64,000 nucleotides of DNA from Eledone cirrhosa. Lineage: Eukaryota. The notes beneath the pieces are model-generated. The model was not told the DNA's origin. It saw only the letters and a list, made by a program, of their open reading frames with translations, and ran no database searches. The stretch spans positions 224,440,001 through 224,504,000 of the forward strand of contig OZ024741.1 of the NCBI GenBank assembly GCA_964016885.1, in the 5' to 3' direction. Shown one piece after another: positions 13,696 to 23,890 of the stretch; the stretch's first letter is position 1, and every line of letters begins with the position of its first letter. The translations under genes and the position numbers were made by a program.

Positions 13696-13700
<5 letters not shown>
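13447..13700 (+). mobile_element. Dispersed non-coding repeat copy 1, probable Penelope-like element (PLE) terminal repeat, 5'-truncated
   Basis: Near-identical to 58864-59120 (GGTATACGTTGCTGAYGATAGCTAATAAGCTTGAAAC...GAATCCATACGTACATATATA...CATACTTATA) and carries a minimal hammerhead motif. The PLE assignment is inferred from the ribozyme type. Confidence 0.7.
13452..13494 (+). ncRNA. Minimal type-I hammerhead ribozyme motif (copy 1, core intact)
   Basis: ACGTTG-CTGACGA-T AGCT AATA AGCT T-GAAAC-TA-GTA-CAGCGT. Stem I ACGTTG/CAGCGT, CUGANGA and GAAA cores, palindromic stem III ACTAGT, GUA cleavage triplet ending at 13488. Confidence 0.75.
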
Positions 13701-13757
<57 letters not shown>

Positions 13758-13829
13758 TATACACACACATATATATATACATATATAAATATATGTATAT
13801 ATATATCGGTGTTCTGGTGCAATAAGTAG

Positions 13830-14817
13830 CAGCAAGTGCGCACAAAATTCTAGCTCTTTCAATTGCGCAGAGGGTTCTATAGAAATAGTGGACAGCTTCC
13901 GTTACCTGGGCGATAAAATCAGCAGTGGGGGAGGGTGCTCTGAAAGTACTGTAGCTAGAGTCAGAACTGGTTGGAAAAAGTTCAGAGAGCTTATACCACT
14001 ATTAGCTGCTAAAGGGTTCTCCCTAAAAATGAAAGGGAGGTTGTACGATGCCTGCATACGAACAGCAATGTTGCATGGTAGTGAGACTTGGGCATTGTGT
14101 GCAGAGGATATACGCAGACTAGAGAGGAACGAAGCTTGCATGCTCCGCTGGATGTGTAACAGTAATATACGTGAACGGCAAAGCATAAACGAACTAAGGA
14201 AAAAATTAGAGATAAGAGGGATCAGATGTTGTTTACTCGAGAGAAGGCTGCGTTGGTATGGACACGTGATGCGCATGAAAGTCGATAGCTGTATAACAAA
14301 GTGCAGGGCAATAAAGATAGACGGTAGCCACGGAATAGGCAGACCTAGAAAAACATGGGATGAGCTGATAAACTCCGACCTCACACACTTACACCTCTCC
14401 AAGACAATGTCACTGGACCGAGACCTTTGGCGGTACTCAGTAACAGAGAAGACCCGCCTTGCCATTAGGCATCTCTAACAAAATACCCCCCCCCCCATCC
14501 ACACCACCCCGTTCTATGTAAAGTTATGTTGGTGCCGCGCCATCCAGGCCGAAACAAATGAGATCGTGTAGGTGTCACGACAAAAAAACACACAGTCCAC
14601 GCTGTAATGTGGCCGTGTAGGCAACACGGTAAAAACCTCCCAGACCCACACTGTAAATGTGGTTGGTGTTAGGAAGGGCATCCAACTGTAGAAAACCTGC
14701 CAGACAGTCCTATGCGAGCAAGACAATCACTCTTGCCTCAAGTGGGACTACCCCCGTCTAAACCCATGCAAGCGTGGAACACGGACGTTAAACGTTGATG
14801 ATGATGATGATGATGAT
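13830..14817 (+). mobile_element. RTE-clade LINE, 5'-truncated (RT C-terminal region, 3' UTR, (TGA)n tail)
   Basis: ORF 13888-14478 [11 protein letters not shown]...MLHGSETW...RRLRWYGHVMR...GRPRKTW, then UTR with GGTTGGTGTTAGGAAGGGCATCC and GGACGTTAAAC..(TGA)n. Confidence 0.9.
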
Positions 14818-14897
14818 ATAACGAAGGAAATGTGGTAAGGAACCAGGTGGACCATAACGCACCAAAGTACTCAATACTTAGGGTAGTAGAGTGGGTA

Positions 14898-15016
14898 ATA
14901 GGAACGAGTAGGACCCCGACGGCTGAGCTCAAGCTGTTTCGATGGCTATTTCTGGACTCCAGAATTAGCCGTCGAAACGGCTTGAGCTCAGCCGTCGGGG
15001 TCCTACTCGTTCCTAT
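14898..15016. repeat. Near-perfect 119-bp palindrome (59-bp arms, 1-nt centre at 14957)
   Basis: ATAGGAACGAGTAGGACCCCGACGGCTGAGCTCAAGCTGTTTCGATGGCTATTTCTGGA-c-TCCAGAATTAGCCGTCGAAACGGCTTGAGCTCAGCCGTCGGGGTCCTACTCGTTCCTAT, 3 mismatches. Confidence 0.95.
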
Positions 15017-15034
15017 ATATATATATATATATAT

Positions 15035-15744
15035 ACACAATGTACACAATGCAGATCCTGGGTACACAAGAGATGTAGCGGGGTAGCAGGCAAACTAACA
15101 GGTAGGGAGAAATATGTATGCAGTAGATGAAAAGGGAAATTAGACAGTAGAAGTCGCATTTATAGACACATTTTTCAAATGCAGGTGGGTGCTATAGAAG
15201 TGGTGGATAGCTTCTGGTACCTAGGAGATCAGATTAGCAGGGTGGGGGGGGGGGGGGGTGTTCGAAAGGCCGGTTATATGATGTCTGTGTGAGGAGCGTG
15301 ATGTTGCATGGTAGTGAGACATGGGCAGCAACTGCAGAGGATATGCGACGGCTGGAGAGAAATGAGGCAAGCATGCTCCATTGGATGTGGAGTGTCAATG
15401 TGCGTGAACGACCCAGCATGAATGTGTTGAGAGAGAAACTGTGTCTGAGAGGGATAGAATGTAGTGTACGGGAGAGGAGACCGAGGTGGTATGGACATGT
15501 GATGCGCATGGAGGATGACCGATGGGTAAAGAAGTGCCAGGAAATGCCAGTTGAAGGAAGATGTGGTAGAGGTAGACCACGAAAAACATGGGTGGAGGTG
15601 GTGAGGACAGACCTCAAATCGCTGAAGCTCATGGTGGAGATGACGAAGGACCGCGACAAGTGGAGAGATGCTGTGCTGAATAAGACCCATCCCACCCTCG
15701 CAAGCAGGGAAGAGCGGACGTAAAATGATGATGATGATGATGAT
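15035..15744 (+). mobile_element. RTE-clade LINE fragment with Cys/His (PHD-like) finger, internal deletion and (TGA)n tail
   Basis: CTQCRSWVHKRCSG...YVCSR, then DSFWYLGDQIS, ORF 15289-15723 MLHGSETW...WYGHVMR...GRPRKTW, and tail GCGGACGTAAAA(TGA)n. Confidence 0.88.
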
Positions 15745-15749
15745 ATATA

Positions 15750-15890
15750 CAGTGGAACTTTGATTCATGGATTCCTCTTATCATGAATAAATCGGTTCAT
15801 GAACGGTGTCTCGAGTAATGATCATGCAAGCCAGCAACAATAGTTGGCGACAAAAAGCTGGGAGTATCAGTGAGAAAGCATTATTTGCTG
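15750..15890. mobile_element. Possible pogo/Tigger-like DNA transposon end (degenerate)
   Basis: TA followed by CAGTGGAACTTTGATTCATG resembles CAGTGGAACCTCG-type TIRs. No partner end found. Confidence 0.3.
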
Positions 15891-16019
15891 TGTAGTTAGT
15901 TACTATGGTGATATCTATCTGTCTCTCTCACTGTATTTCTCTCTCAATATTTCTGCTAGTACTGATTAATGTTCAGAGTCATCCTCAGCATTCTCATGTA
16001 GAACCCATCCTCCATCTGA

Positions 16020-18302
16020 ATGAGTTTCTTTATAAGGCTTTCAGTGGATCTCGCAACATGGGCCATTTTCTTGGACCCAGAAGGTAAGTTGGTGGTGCTA
16101 GACGTGACCAGCAGTGAAGGACACACCTTCAGGTTAGTGGCCATCAATGCTATGTCTGTCATCTACTACCACCTAACTGTTGTGCCCTGTTCGGGTCTGC
16201 ACCTCCCCAAATTGGAGTATCTGCTCTTCAACTTCTTGTGGAAGGGATAGGTTCCACTGGTGAGGTGGTTTATCTGCTGTTAACACCTACTGCATAGAGG
16301 ACTCGGGATGTTGTGGGTAATGATATGCAGGCATGCGCTTAGGCTATGACATCTCCAGACCTTCCTTGATGGTGTACAGGTGTGGTTGCCTTTTTCTAGG
16401 CATGTTTTTTCCCAGATCATTGACAGAGCTGCAGTCCTGGGTCAAGCAGTGACTGAGGGGAGTGCTTGGAGGCTAAAATGTCTTTAAATGCTCACAGCTC
16501 TGAGTCAATTGGGCACTATGTATGGTGGAGACTACACCTTGGTGTTCTATAGAGGGTTATTGATGGGTAAGCGTGATGACGTTCTTGGGGAAACTCTGGG
16601 CATCGACGAAAATCTTGCCATTCCATTCTGCAGGACTTTTAGTCCATGGCCCATGGACAAATCCCTGGCCTGGCAGTGCTACTGGAGAGCATTGCCAGTT
16701 CGAGATAAACTCTACAGGCATGGAAATGCCATCAGTTAGGCCTGTCCGAGATGCACATGGGGCGATGAAACCATTGTGCAGTCAGTGTGACTGTGGATTT
16801 TTGTGGGCTTTCTTCATGTGTGACCCTTGGAAGTCTCCTTTTTATTGGAGAATTTTGTTTTGTTTTATTTTTTTTTGTTACATCCTGTCTTTTTGTTTTA
16901 TGTTTGTTTTTACACACAGAAACCCCCATTTGTACCGTCCTGTACTGTTCTGTACCAAGCTATACCGTCCTGTACCACTCTGTACTGTCCTGTACCGTCC
17001 TGTACCATTCTGTACTGTCCTGTACCGTCATGTACCGGCCTGTACTATTCTGTACTGTCCTGTACCATGCTGTACCGTCCTGTACCGTCCTGTACCATTC
17101 TGTACCATCTTGTACCGTCCTGTACGATGCTGTACCGTCCTGTATCGTTCTGTACCGTCCTGTACCATTCTGTACCATTCTGTACCATCTTTACCGTCCT
17201 GAACCGTCCTGTACCATTCTGTACCATCCTGTACCGTCCTGTACTGTCCTGTACGATGCTGTACCGTCCTGTACCGTCCTGTACCGTCCTGTACCATTAT
17301 GTACCGTCCTGTACAATTCTGTACCATCTTGTACCGTCCTGTACCGTTCTGTACCATTCTATACCATCCTGTACCGTCCTGTACTGTTCTTTACGATGAT
17401 GTACCGTCCTGTATCGTTCTGTACCGTCCTGTACCATTCTGTACCATCTTGTACCGTCCTGTACCGTTCTGTACCATTCTATACCATCCTGTACCGTCCT
17501 GTACTGTCCTGTACGATGCTGTACCGTCCTGTATCGTTCTGTACCGTCCTGTACCATTCTGTACCGCCCGGCACCGCCATGTACCGTCATGTACCATTCT
17601 GTACCATCTTGTACCGTCCTGTACCGTTCTGCACCACCCTGTACTGTCCTGTACGATGCTGTACCGTCCTGTATCGCTATGTACCGCCCTGTATCATTCT
17701 GTACCATACTGTACCATTCTGTACCGTCCTGTACGATGCTGTACCGTCCTGTATCGTTCTGTACCGTCCTGTACCATTCTGTACCGCCCTGTACCGTCCT
17801 GTACCATTATGTACCATCTTGTACCGTCCTGTACCGTTCTGTACCATTCTATACCATCCTGTACCGTCCTGTACGATGCTGTACCGTCCTGTACCATACT
17901 GTACCATCCTGTACCATTCTGTACCGTCCTGTACCGTCCTGTACCATTCTGTACCATCCTGTACCGTCCTGTACTGTCCTGTACGATGCTGTACCGTCCT
18001 GTATCGTTCTGTACCATACTGTACCATTCTGTACCGTCCTGTACCGTCCTGTACCATTCTGTACCGTCCTGTACCATTCTGTACCATCTTGTACCGTCCT
18101 GTACCGTTCTGTACCATTCTATACCATCCTGTACCGTCCTGTACTGTCCTGTACGATGCTGTACCGTCCTGTATCGTTCTGTACCGTCCTGTACCATTCT
18201 GTACCGCCCTGCACCGCCCTGTACCGTCCTGTACCATCCTGTACCGTCCTGTGCTGTCTTTAATGTTATCCTTTTGTAAACCCTTGTGATTAATGAATAA
18301 AA
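16020..18302 (+). mobile_element. Old Tx1/L1-clade LINE derivative: endonuclease piece fused to the post-RT region; 3' UTR split by a 10-bp satellite
   Basis: DPEGKLVVLDV...FRLVAINA joined directly to SVIYYHLTVVPC...LAWQCYWRALPVRDKLYRH (homologous to 27680-28270). The UTR resumes at 18251 and ends in AATAAA at ~18296. Confidence 0.85.
16931..18250. repeat. 10-bp minisatellite (TGTACCGTCC, with variants TGTACCATTC, TGTACGATGC, TGTATCGTTC), about 130 units
   Basis: Strict 10-bp periodicity is directly visible. Confidence 0.97.
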
Positions 18303-19316
18303 CATTATTATTCTTATTATTGTTGTGTTATTTCATTTAGCTCAGTTCTGTTTGTCTATTGCTGGGTTCAGGCCTTGAACCTAGGGCAATAGATGTTTTC
18401 ATTGTAGAGAGAGAACTCGTCTGAGAATGTTTACTGTTCCTAGTAACCCGATCTTCTGTAGCTCATATTTACTGATCTTGCAGGGAAGGACGCTAAGGTG
18501 CAGGTCTGATGATTTGGGTATTAATCCTAATGCTCCTATTACCGCAGGGATAGTGTTTGTGGTCATCCTCTACATGCAGTTGATGTCTATTTATAGGTCT
18601 TTGAATTTTGACAGTTTTCCCATTGTTTTTATAGATTTATTCTTGTCAGCTGGTATGGAAATCTAAACTATAATAAAGTAAGGAGTGCGGGACTGCGTCC
18701 AGAATATCTTTTTTAATCCCGTTTGTAAAATAAGTTGGATTACTTTGACTAAATAATGAATGAATATTACATAATTTATCTACTAAATTTCGTTATTCTT
18801 GATTAAATATAAATAATATTGTTGCTTATTTTTTAAGATTCACTTCTTTAAAATTTTCAAATGTCAACACTTCCGGTTAGCGATCGCTTAAATAAACATT
18901 CATATATTTCTGTCACTAATTTTCTCCTAATGCAGTTTATATATAATATCTTTTTTTAATGTATCATGGATTACGTTACTGATTACATAAGACAGTGTAA
19001 CGCAGTTTCGTTCGATTTCTGTGTATATTGTCAATTACGATTTTATTTGATATATCATATCTACATGCATATATACTTGCGTATAATATCAATATGGATA
19101 CTACACATGCTAGCAGAAAACCACCCGAAGTGTGGTTTTTATGCTAGTATCTATAAGGCTACATGTCTGATCTATTTTGTTTTTTATATCTGGCCTGTTG
19201 GTAGCAATTTCTCAGTCAGTTATCACAGGCATATCCCACAAGATGGACATGTTGCCCTTTTTCATGACTGTATTTGGTTGATGTTCATGCCATTTGTTAG
19301 AAGTTTGGATGTCATG
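18303..19316 (-). mobile_element. R4/Dong-like (RLE) LINE 3' end, interrupted by a Helitron at 18662-19147
   Basis: Minus strand reads KWHEHQP..ILWDMPVITD*EIATNRPDI..CSLID|ISIPADKN..IPAVIGALG..ELQKIGLLGTVNILRRVL with stop at 18399-18401. UTR hairpin GGTTCA-GGCCT-TGAACC and a degenerate (AAT)n tail follow. Confidence 0.85.
18662..19147 (+). mobile_element. Complete non-autonomous Helitron (486 bp)
   Basis: Starts TC(TAAACTATAATAAAG), ends CTAG, has a subterminal hairpin AAAACCAC-CCGAAGT-GTGGTTTT, and sits between A and T with no TSD. Removal restores ATA GAT ATT TCC ATA CCA (IDISIP) in the host LINE. Confidence 0.92.
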
Positions 19317-19319
19317 AGA

Positions 19320-19486
19320 CCGGCGTAGAGTTACGGCCCTTTAGTGTCTAAGTTCAAATCTCGCTGAGGTTAACTTTGCCTTTCATCCTTACGGGGTCGA
19401 TAAAATAAAGCACCAGTAATGTTCTGGTGGGGTCGATTTAATTGACTTTCCCCTCCCCAAAATTTCTGGCCTTGTGCCTATAGTAG
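19320..19486 (+). mobile_element. tRNA-derived SINE family A, partial
   Basis: B-box-like GTTCAAATC followed by the conserved body ACTTTGCCTTTCATCCTTACGGGGTCGATAAAATAAAG..CCAGT and the end GGCCTTGTGCC. Confidence 0.85.
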
Positions 19487-20548
19487 TGTGTATATTGATA
19501 TTATACGCAAGTATATATACATGTAGATATGATACATCAAATAAAATCGTAATTGACAATATATAATACATAGAAATTGAACGAAGACTGCGTTACACTG
19601 TCTTATGTAATCAGTAACGTAATCCATGATACATTAAAAAAGACAATATTATATATAAACTGCATTAGGAGAAAATTAGTGACAGAAATATATGAATGTT
19701 TATTTAAGCGAGGGCCAACCGGAAGTGTTGACATTTCAGAAATTTTAAAGAAGTGAATCTTTAAATAAACAAAATATATTTAATCAACAACCACGAAATT
19801 TAGTAGATAAATTATGTAATATTCATTCATTATTTATTGAAAGGGGCGTTGACATTTGAAATAGGGTGGTGGATTGGCAGTATCGGTAGAGGGTCGGACG
19901 CCATGCTTTCCAGCATAGTTACGTCCCTTTACGATCTGAGTTCAAATCCCGCCAAGGTTGACTTTGCCTTTCATCCTCACGGGGTCGATAAAATAAAGTA
20001 CCAGTAATGCACTGGGTAATTGCTGGCCTTGTGCCTAAAGTAGAAACAATTATTTATTGAAAGGGGCGGTGAATTGGCAGTATCGATAGAGAGTCGGACG
20101 CCATGCTTTGCAGCATAGTTACGTCCCTTTATGATCTGAGTTCAAATTCCGCCGAGGTTAACTTTACCTTTCATCCTTACGGGGTCGATAAAATAAAGTA
20201 CCAGTAATGTACTGGGTGATTGCTGGCCTTGTGCCAAAAAGTAGAAACAATTATTTATTGAAAGGGTGGTGGATTGGCAGTATCGGTAGAGAGTCGGACG
20301 CCATGCTTTGCAGCAAAGAGTTACGGCCCTTTATGGTCTGAGTTCAAATCCCGCCGAGGTTAACTTTACCTTTCATCCTTACGAGGGTCGATAAAATAAA
20401 GTACCAATAATGCACTGGGATAATTGCTGGCCTTGTGCCAAAAGTAGAAACAATTATTTATTCAAAGTAATCCAACTTATTTTACTAATGGGATAAAAAA
20501 TTATAAACCGTACGCAGTCCCGCGCTTCTTACTTTATTATAGTTTAGA
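19487..20548 (-). mobile_element. Second Helitron copy (inverted, lacks the 3' hairpin/CTAG), interrupted by a SINE trimer
   Basis: 19490-19838 and 20456-20548 are the reverse complement of ~18662-19095. 5' end is A|TCTAAACTATAATAAAG at 20548. Confidence 0.88.
19840..20462 (+). mobile_element. Three tandem full-length SINE family A copies (~200 bp each)
   Basis: Three repeats of GGYGG..ATTGGCAGTATCG..TAGAG..GTTCAAAT..TCATCCT.ACGGGGTCGATAAAATAAAGTACCAG..GTAGAAACAATTATTTATT. Confidence 0.92.
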
Positions 20549-20659
20549 TTGTTTTTATTGTCATGCCATCATCATTGCCATAATTATCATTAATGAAATT
20601 ATGAAATGTATGATGCTGTATGGCAGTGTAATAGAGAGGTAAATCTGCACAAATCATGA

Positions 20660-21322
20660 AATGTGTGTCTGTGTCTGTGTGTGTGTGTGTATGTGCATAT
20701 GTGGAAGTGTGTGTGTGTGTGTGTGTGTATGTGCATATGTGGGAGTGTGTGTGTGTGTGTGTGTATGTGCATATGTGGAAGTGTGTGTGTGTGTGTGTGT
20801 GCATATGTGGAAGTGTGTGTGTGTGTGTGTGTATGTGCATATGTGGAAGTGTGTGTGTGTGTGTGTATGTGCATATGTGGAAGTGTGTGTGTGTGTGTGT
20901 GTATGTGCATATGTGGAAGTGTGTGTGTGTGTGTGCGTGTATGTGCATATGTGGAAGTGTGTGTGTGTGTGTGTGTATGTGCATATGTGGAAGTGTGTGT
21001 GTGTGTGTATGTGCATATGTGGAAGTGTGTGTGTGTGTGTATGTGCATATGTGGAAGTGTGTGTGTATGTGCATATGTGGAAGTGTGTGTGTGTGTGTGT
21101 GTGTGTATGTGGAAGTGTGTGTGTGTATGTGCATATGTGGAAGTGTGTGTGTGTGTGTGTGTGTATGTGCATATGTGGAAGTGTGTGTGTGTGTGTGTAT
21201 GTGCATATGTGGAAGTGTGTGTGTGTGTATGTGCATATGTGGAAGTGTGTGTGTATGGGTGTGTATGTGCATATGTGGAACTGTGTGTGTGTGTGTGTGT
21301 GTATGTGCATATGTGGAAGTGT
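20660..21322. repeat. Compound minisatellite: ATGTGCATATGTGGAA separated by variable (GT)n
   Basis: About 21 constant 16-mers with GT tracts of varying length between them. Confidence 0.95.
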
Positions 21323-21419
21323 GCACAGTCAAATAATACATCAATCCATATAAAAGTGTATGATATATATCACACCATGTGTGAGTACTTCTGTGAATGA
21401 GTGTTTGTATGTGTAGATG

Positions 21420-23040
21420 TATGTGAGTGTGTGTAAGTGTATGTGGTTTTTCTGTGTATGTGTGTGTGTGTGTAAGTGTATGTGGCTTTTCTGTGTATGT
21501 GTGTGTGTGTAAGTGTATGTGGTTTTTCTGTGTATGTGTGTGCGTGTATGTGTATGTTGCTTGTCTATGCATGTGTAGGTGTATGTGTATGTGGCTTGTA
21601 TGTGTATGTGTGTGCGTGTAAGTGTATGTGGTTTTTCTATGTATGTGTGCGTGTAAGTGTATGTGGTTTTTCTGTGTATGTGTGTGCGTGTATATGTATG
21701 TGGCTTGTCTCTGCATGTGTAGATGTATGTGTATGTGGCTTATCTGTGCATGTGTAGATGTATGTGTATGTGGCTTGTCTGTGCATGTGTAGGTGTATGT
21801 GTATGTGGCTTATCTGTGCATGTGTAGATGTATGTGTATGTGGCTTGTCTGTGTATGTGTAGGTGTATGTGTATGTGGTTTGTCTGTGCATGTGTAGATG
21901 TATGTGTATGTGGCTTGTCTGTGCATGTGTAGATGTATGTGTATGTGGCTTGTCTGTGCATGTGTAGATGTATGTGTATGTGGCTTGTCTGTGTATGTGT
22001 AGGTGTATGTGTATGTGGTTTGTCTGTGCATGTGTAGATGTATGTGTATGTGGCTTGTCTGTGCATGTGTAGATGTATGTGTATGTGGCTTGTCTGTGCA
22101 TGTGTAGATGTATGTGTATGTGGCTTGTCTGTGTATGTGTAGATGTATGTGAATGTGACTTGTCTGTGCATGTGTAGGTGTATGTGAATGTGGCTTGTCT
22201 GTGCATGTGTAGATGTATGTGTATGTGGCTTGTCTGTGCATGTGTAGATGTATGTGTATGTGGCTTGTCTGTGCATGTGTAGGTGTATGTGTATGTGGCT
22301 TGTCTGTGTATGTGTAGGTGTATGTGTATGTGGCTTGTCTGTGCATGTGTAGATGTATGTGTATGTGGCTTGTCTGTGCATGTGTAGGTGTATGTGTATG
22401 TGGCTTGTCTGTGCATGTGTAGGTGTATGTGTATGTGGCTTGTCTGTGCATGTGTAGATGTATGTGTATGTGGCTTGTCTGTGCATGTGTAGGTGTATGT
22501 GTATGTGGCTTGTCTGTGTATGTGTAGGTGTATGTGTATGTGGCTTGTCTGTGCATGTGTAGGTGTATGTGAATGTGGCTTGTCTGTGCATGTGTAGATG
22601 TATGTGTATGTGGCTTGTCTGTGTATGTGTAGGTGTATGTGTATGTGGCTTGTCTGTGCATGTGTAGGTGTATGTGTATGTGGCTTGTCTGTGTATATGT
22701 GTGCGTGTATGTGTATGTGGCTTGTCTGTGTATGTGTAGGTGTATGTGTATGTGGTTTGTCTGTGCATGTGTAGGTGTATGTGTATGTGGCTTGTCTGTG
22801 CATGTGTAGATGTATGTGTATGTGGCTTGTCTGTGTATGTGTAGATGTATGTGTATGTGGTTTGTCTGTGCATGTGTAGGTGTATGTGTATGTGGCTTGT
22901 CTGTGCATGTGTAGATGTACGTGTATGTGGCTTGTCTGTGCATGTGTAGGTGTATGTGTATGTGGCTTGTCTGTACATGTGTAGGTGTATGTGTATGTGG
23001 CTTGTCTGTGCATGTGTAGGTGTATGTGTATGTGGCTGTG
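21420..23040. repeat. 35-bp minisatellite (GTGCATGTGTAGRTGTATGTGTATGTGGCTTGTCT) with divergent left units
   Basis: 35-bp period, matching the 35-aa period in the minus-strand translations. Confidence 0.96.
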
Positions 23041-23129
23041 TCTGTGTATGTGTGTGTCTACAAAACATGAAATGTGTGTCTGTTAAGTTGAGCAATTGAA
23101 CATTCAGCAGAAAGATTGTTTAAACTATG

Positions 23130-23808
23130 AAATGTATGTGTGTATTTGTGTATATGTGTGTATGTAGGTATGTGTTTGCATATGTGCGCATATGTGTATA
23201 TAGTTGTGTTTAGGTGTATGTGTGCATGCTTGTGGGTGTGTAAATGTGTGTAGGTATGTATGTGTTTTGTGTAAAAATTGCGTGTGTATTTGTGTGTATG
23301 AATGTTTATATGTGTGTATGTGTTTATGTGTGGGTATGTGTTTATGTGTGTGTTTGTATGTGTATGTATGTGTCTTTATATGTACATTTGTATGTGTTTG
23401 TATATGTGTATATGTGTATGTATGTGTGTCTATACATGACACTATATGGGCACATATGTGTGTTTATATATGTTTGTATGTCTGTATGTGTGCATATATG
23501 TGTGTTTATGAGTGTGTGTATGCGTGTTTATGCACGAGTATGCGCATTTGTGTGTATAGAGTAGGTGAGATGGCAGTGGTGGTGATGGTAATGGTGGTGG
23601 TGGAAGAGGTATTAGATCAATCAAAGATGTCGTCTGCTTCAGTCAAATTATATATAAGTCTCTTCTACTTGAGAAATTCCGCCATATTTATCGTACTAGA
23701 TTCCTGCTACCCCCTTCCACCTCTTCTTTTTCTGTCTCTCTTACACCCACACACCCTTTCTTTTTAGTTTTTAATATATATATATATATATGTGTGTATA
23801 TATATGTA

Positions 23809-23890
<82 letters not shown>

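Noticed and set aside
1-13862. Long V/L/M, G/S/V and T/N-rich ORFs as membrane proteins, silk-like proteins or mucins
   Set aside because: Frames are open because of base composition, shift repeatedly, and have no domains or splice context; the start of the 1320-aa ORF runs through a (TA)n tract and a repeat.
16787-18305. Cys/Tyr-rich ORFs (CTVLYRPVPS)n
   Set aside because: Translations of a 10-bp satellite, open in all frames.
18661-20549. Single foldback/MITE element with long TIRs
   Set aside because: The left arm has complete Helitron termini and splits a LINE frame on its own; there is no TSD around the pair.
20660-21322. Constant 16-mer with variable spacers as a CRISPR-like array
   Set aside because: The spacers are only (GT)n of varying length; eukaryotic context with no cas genes.
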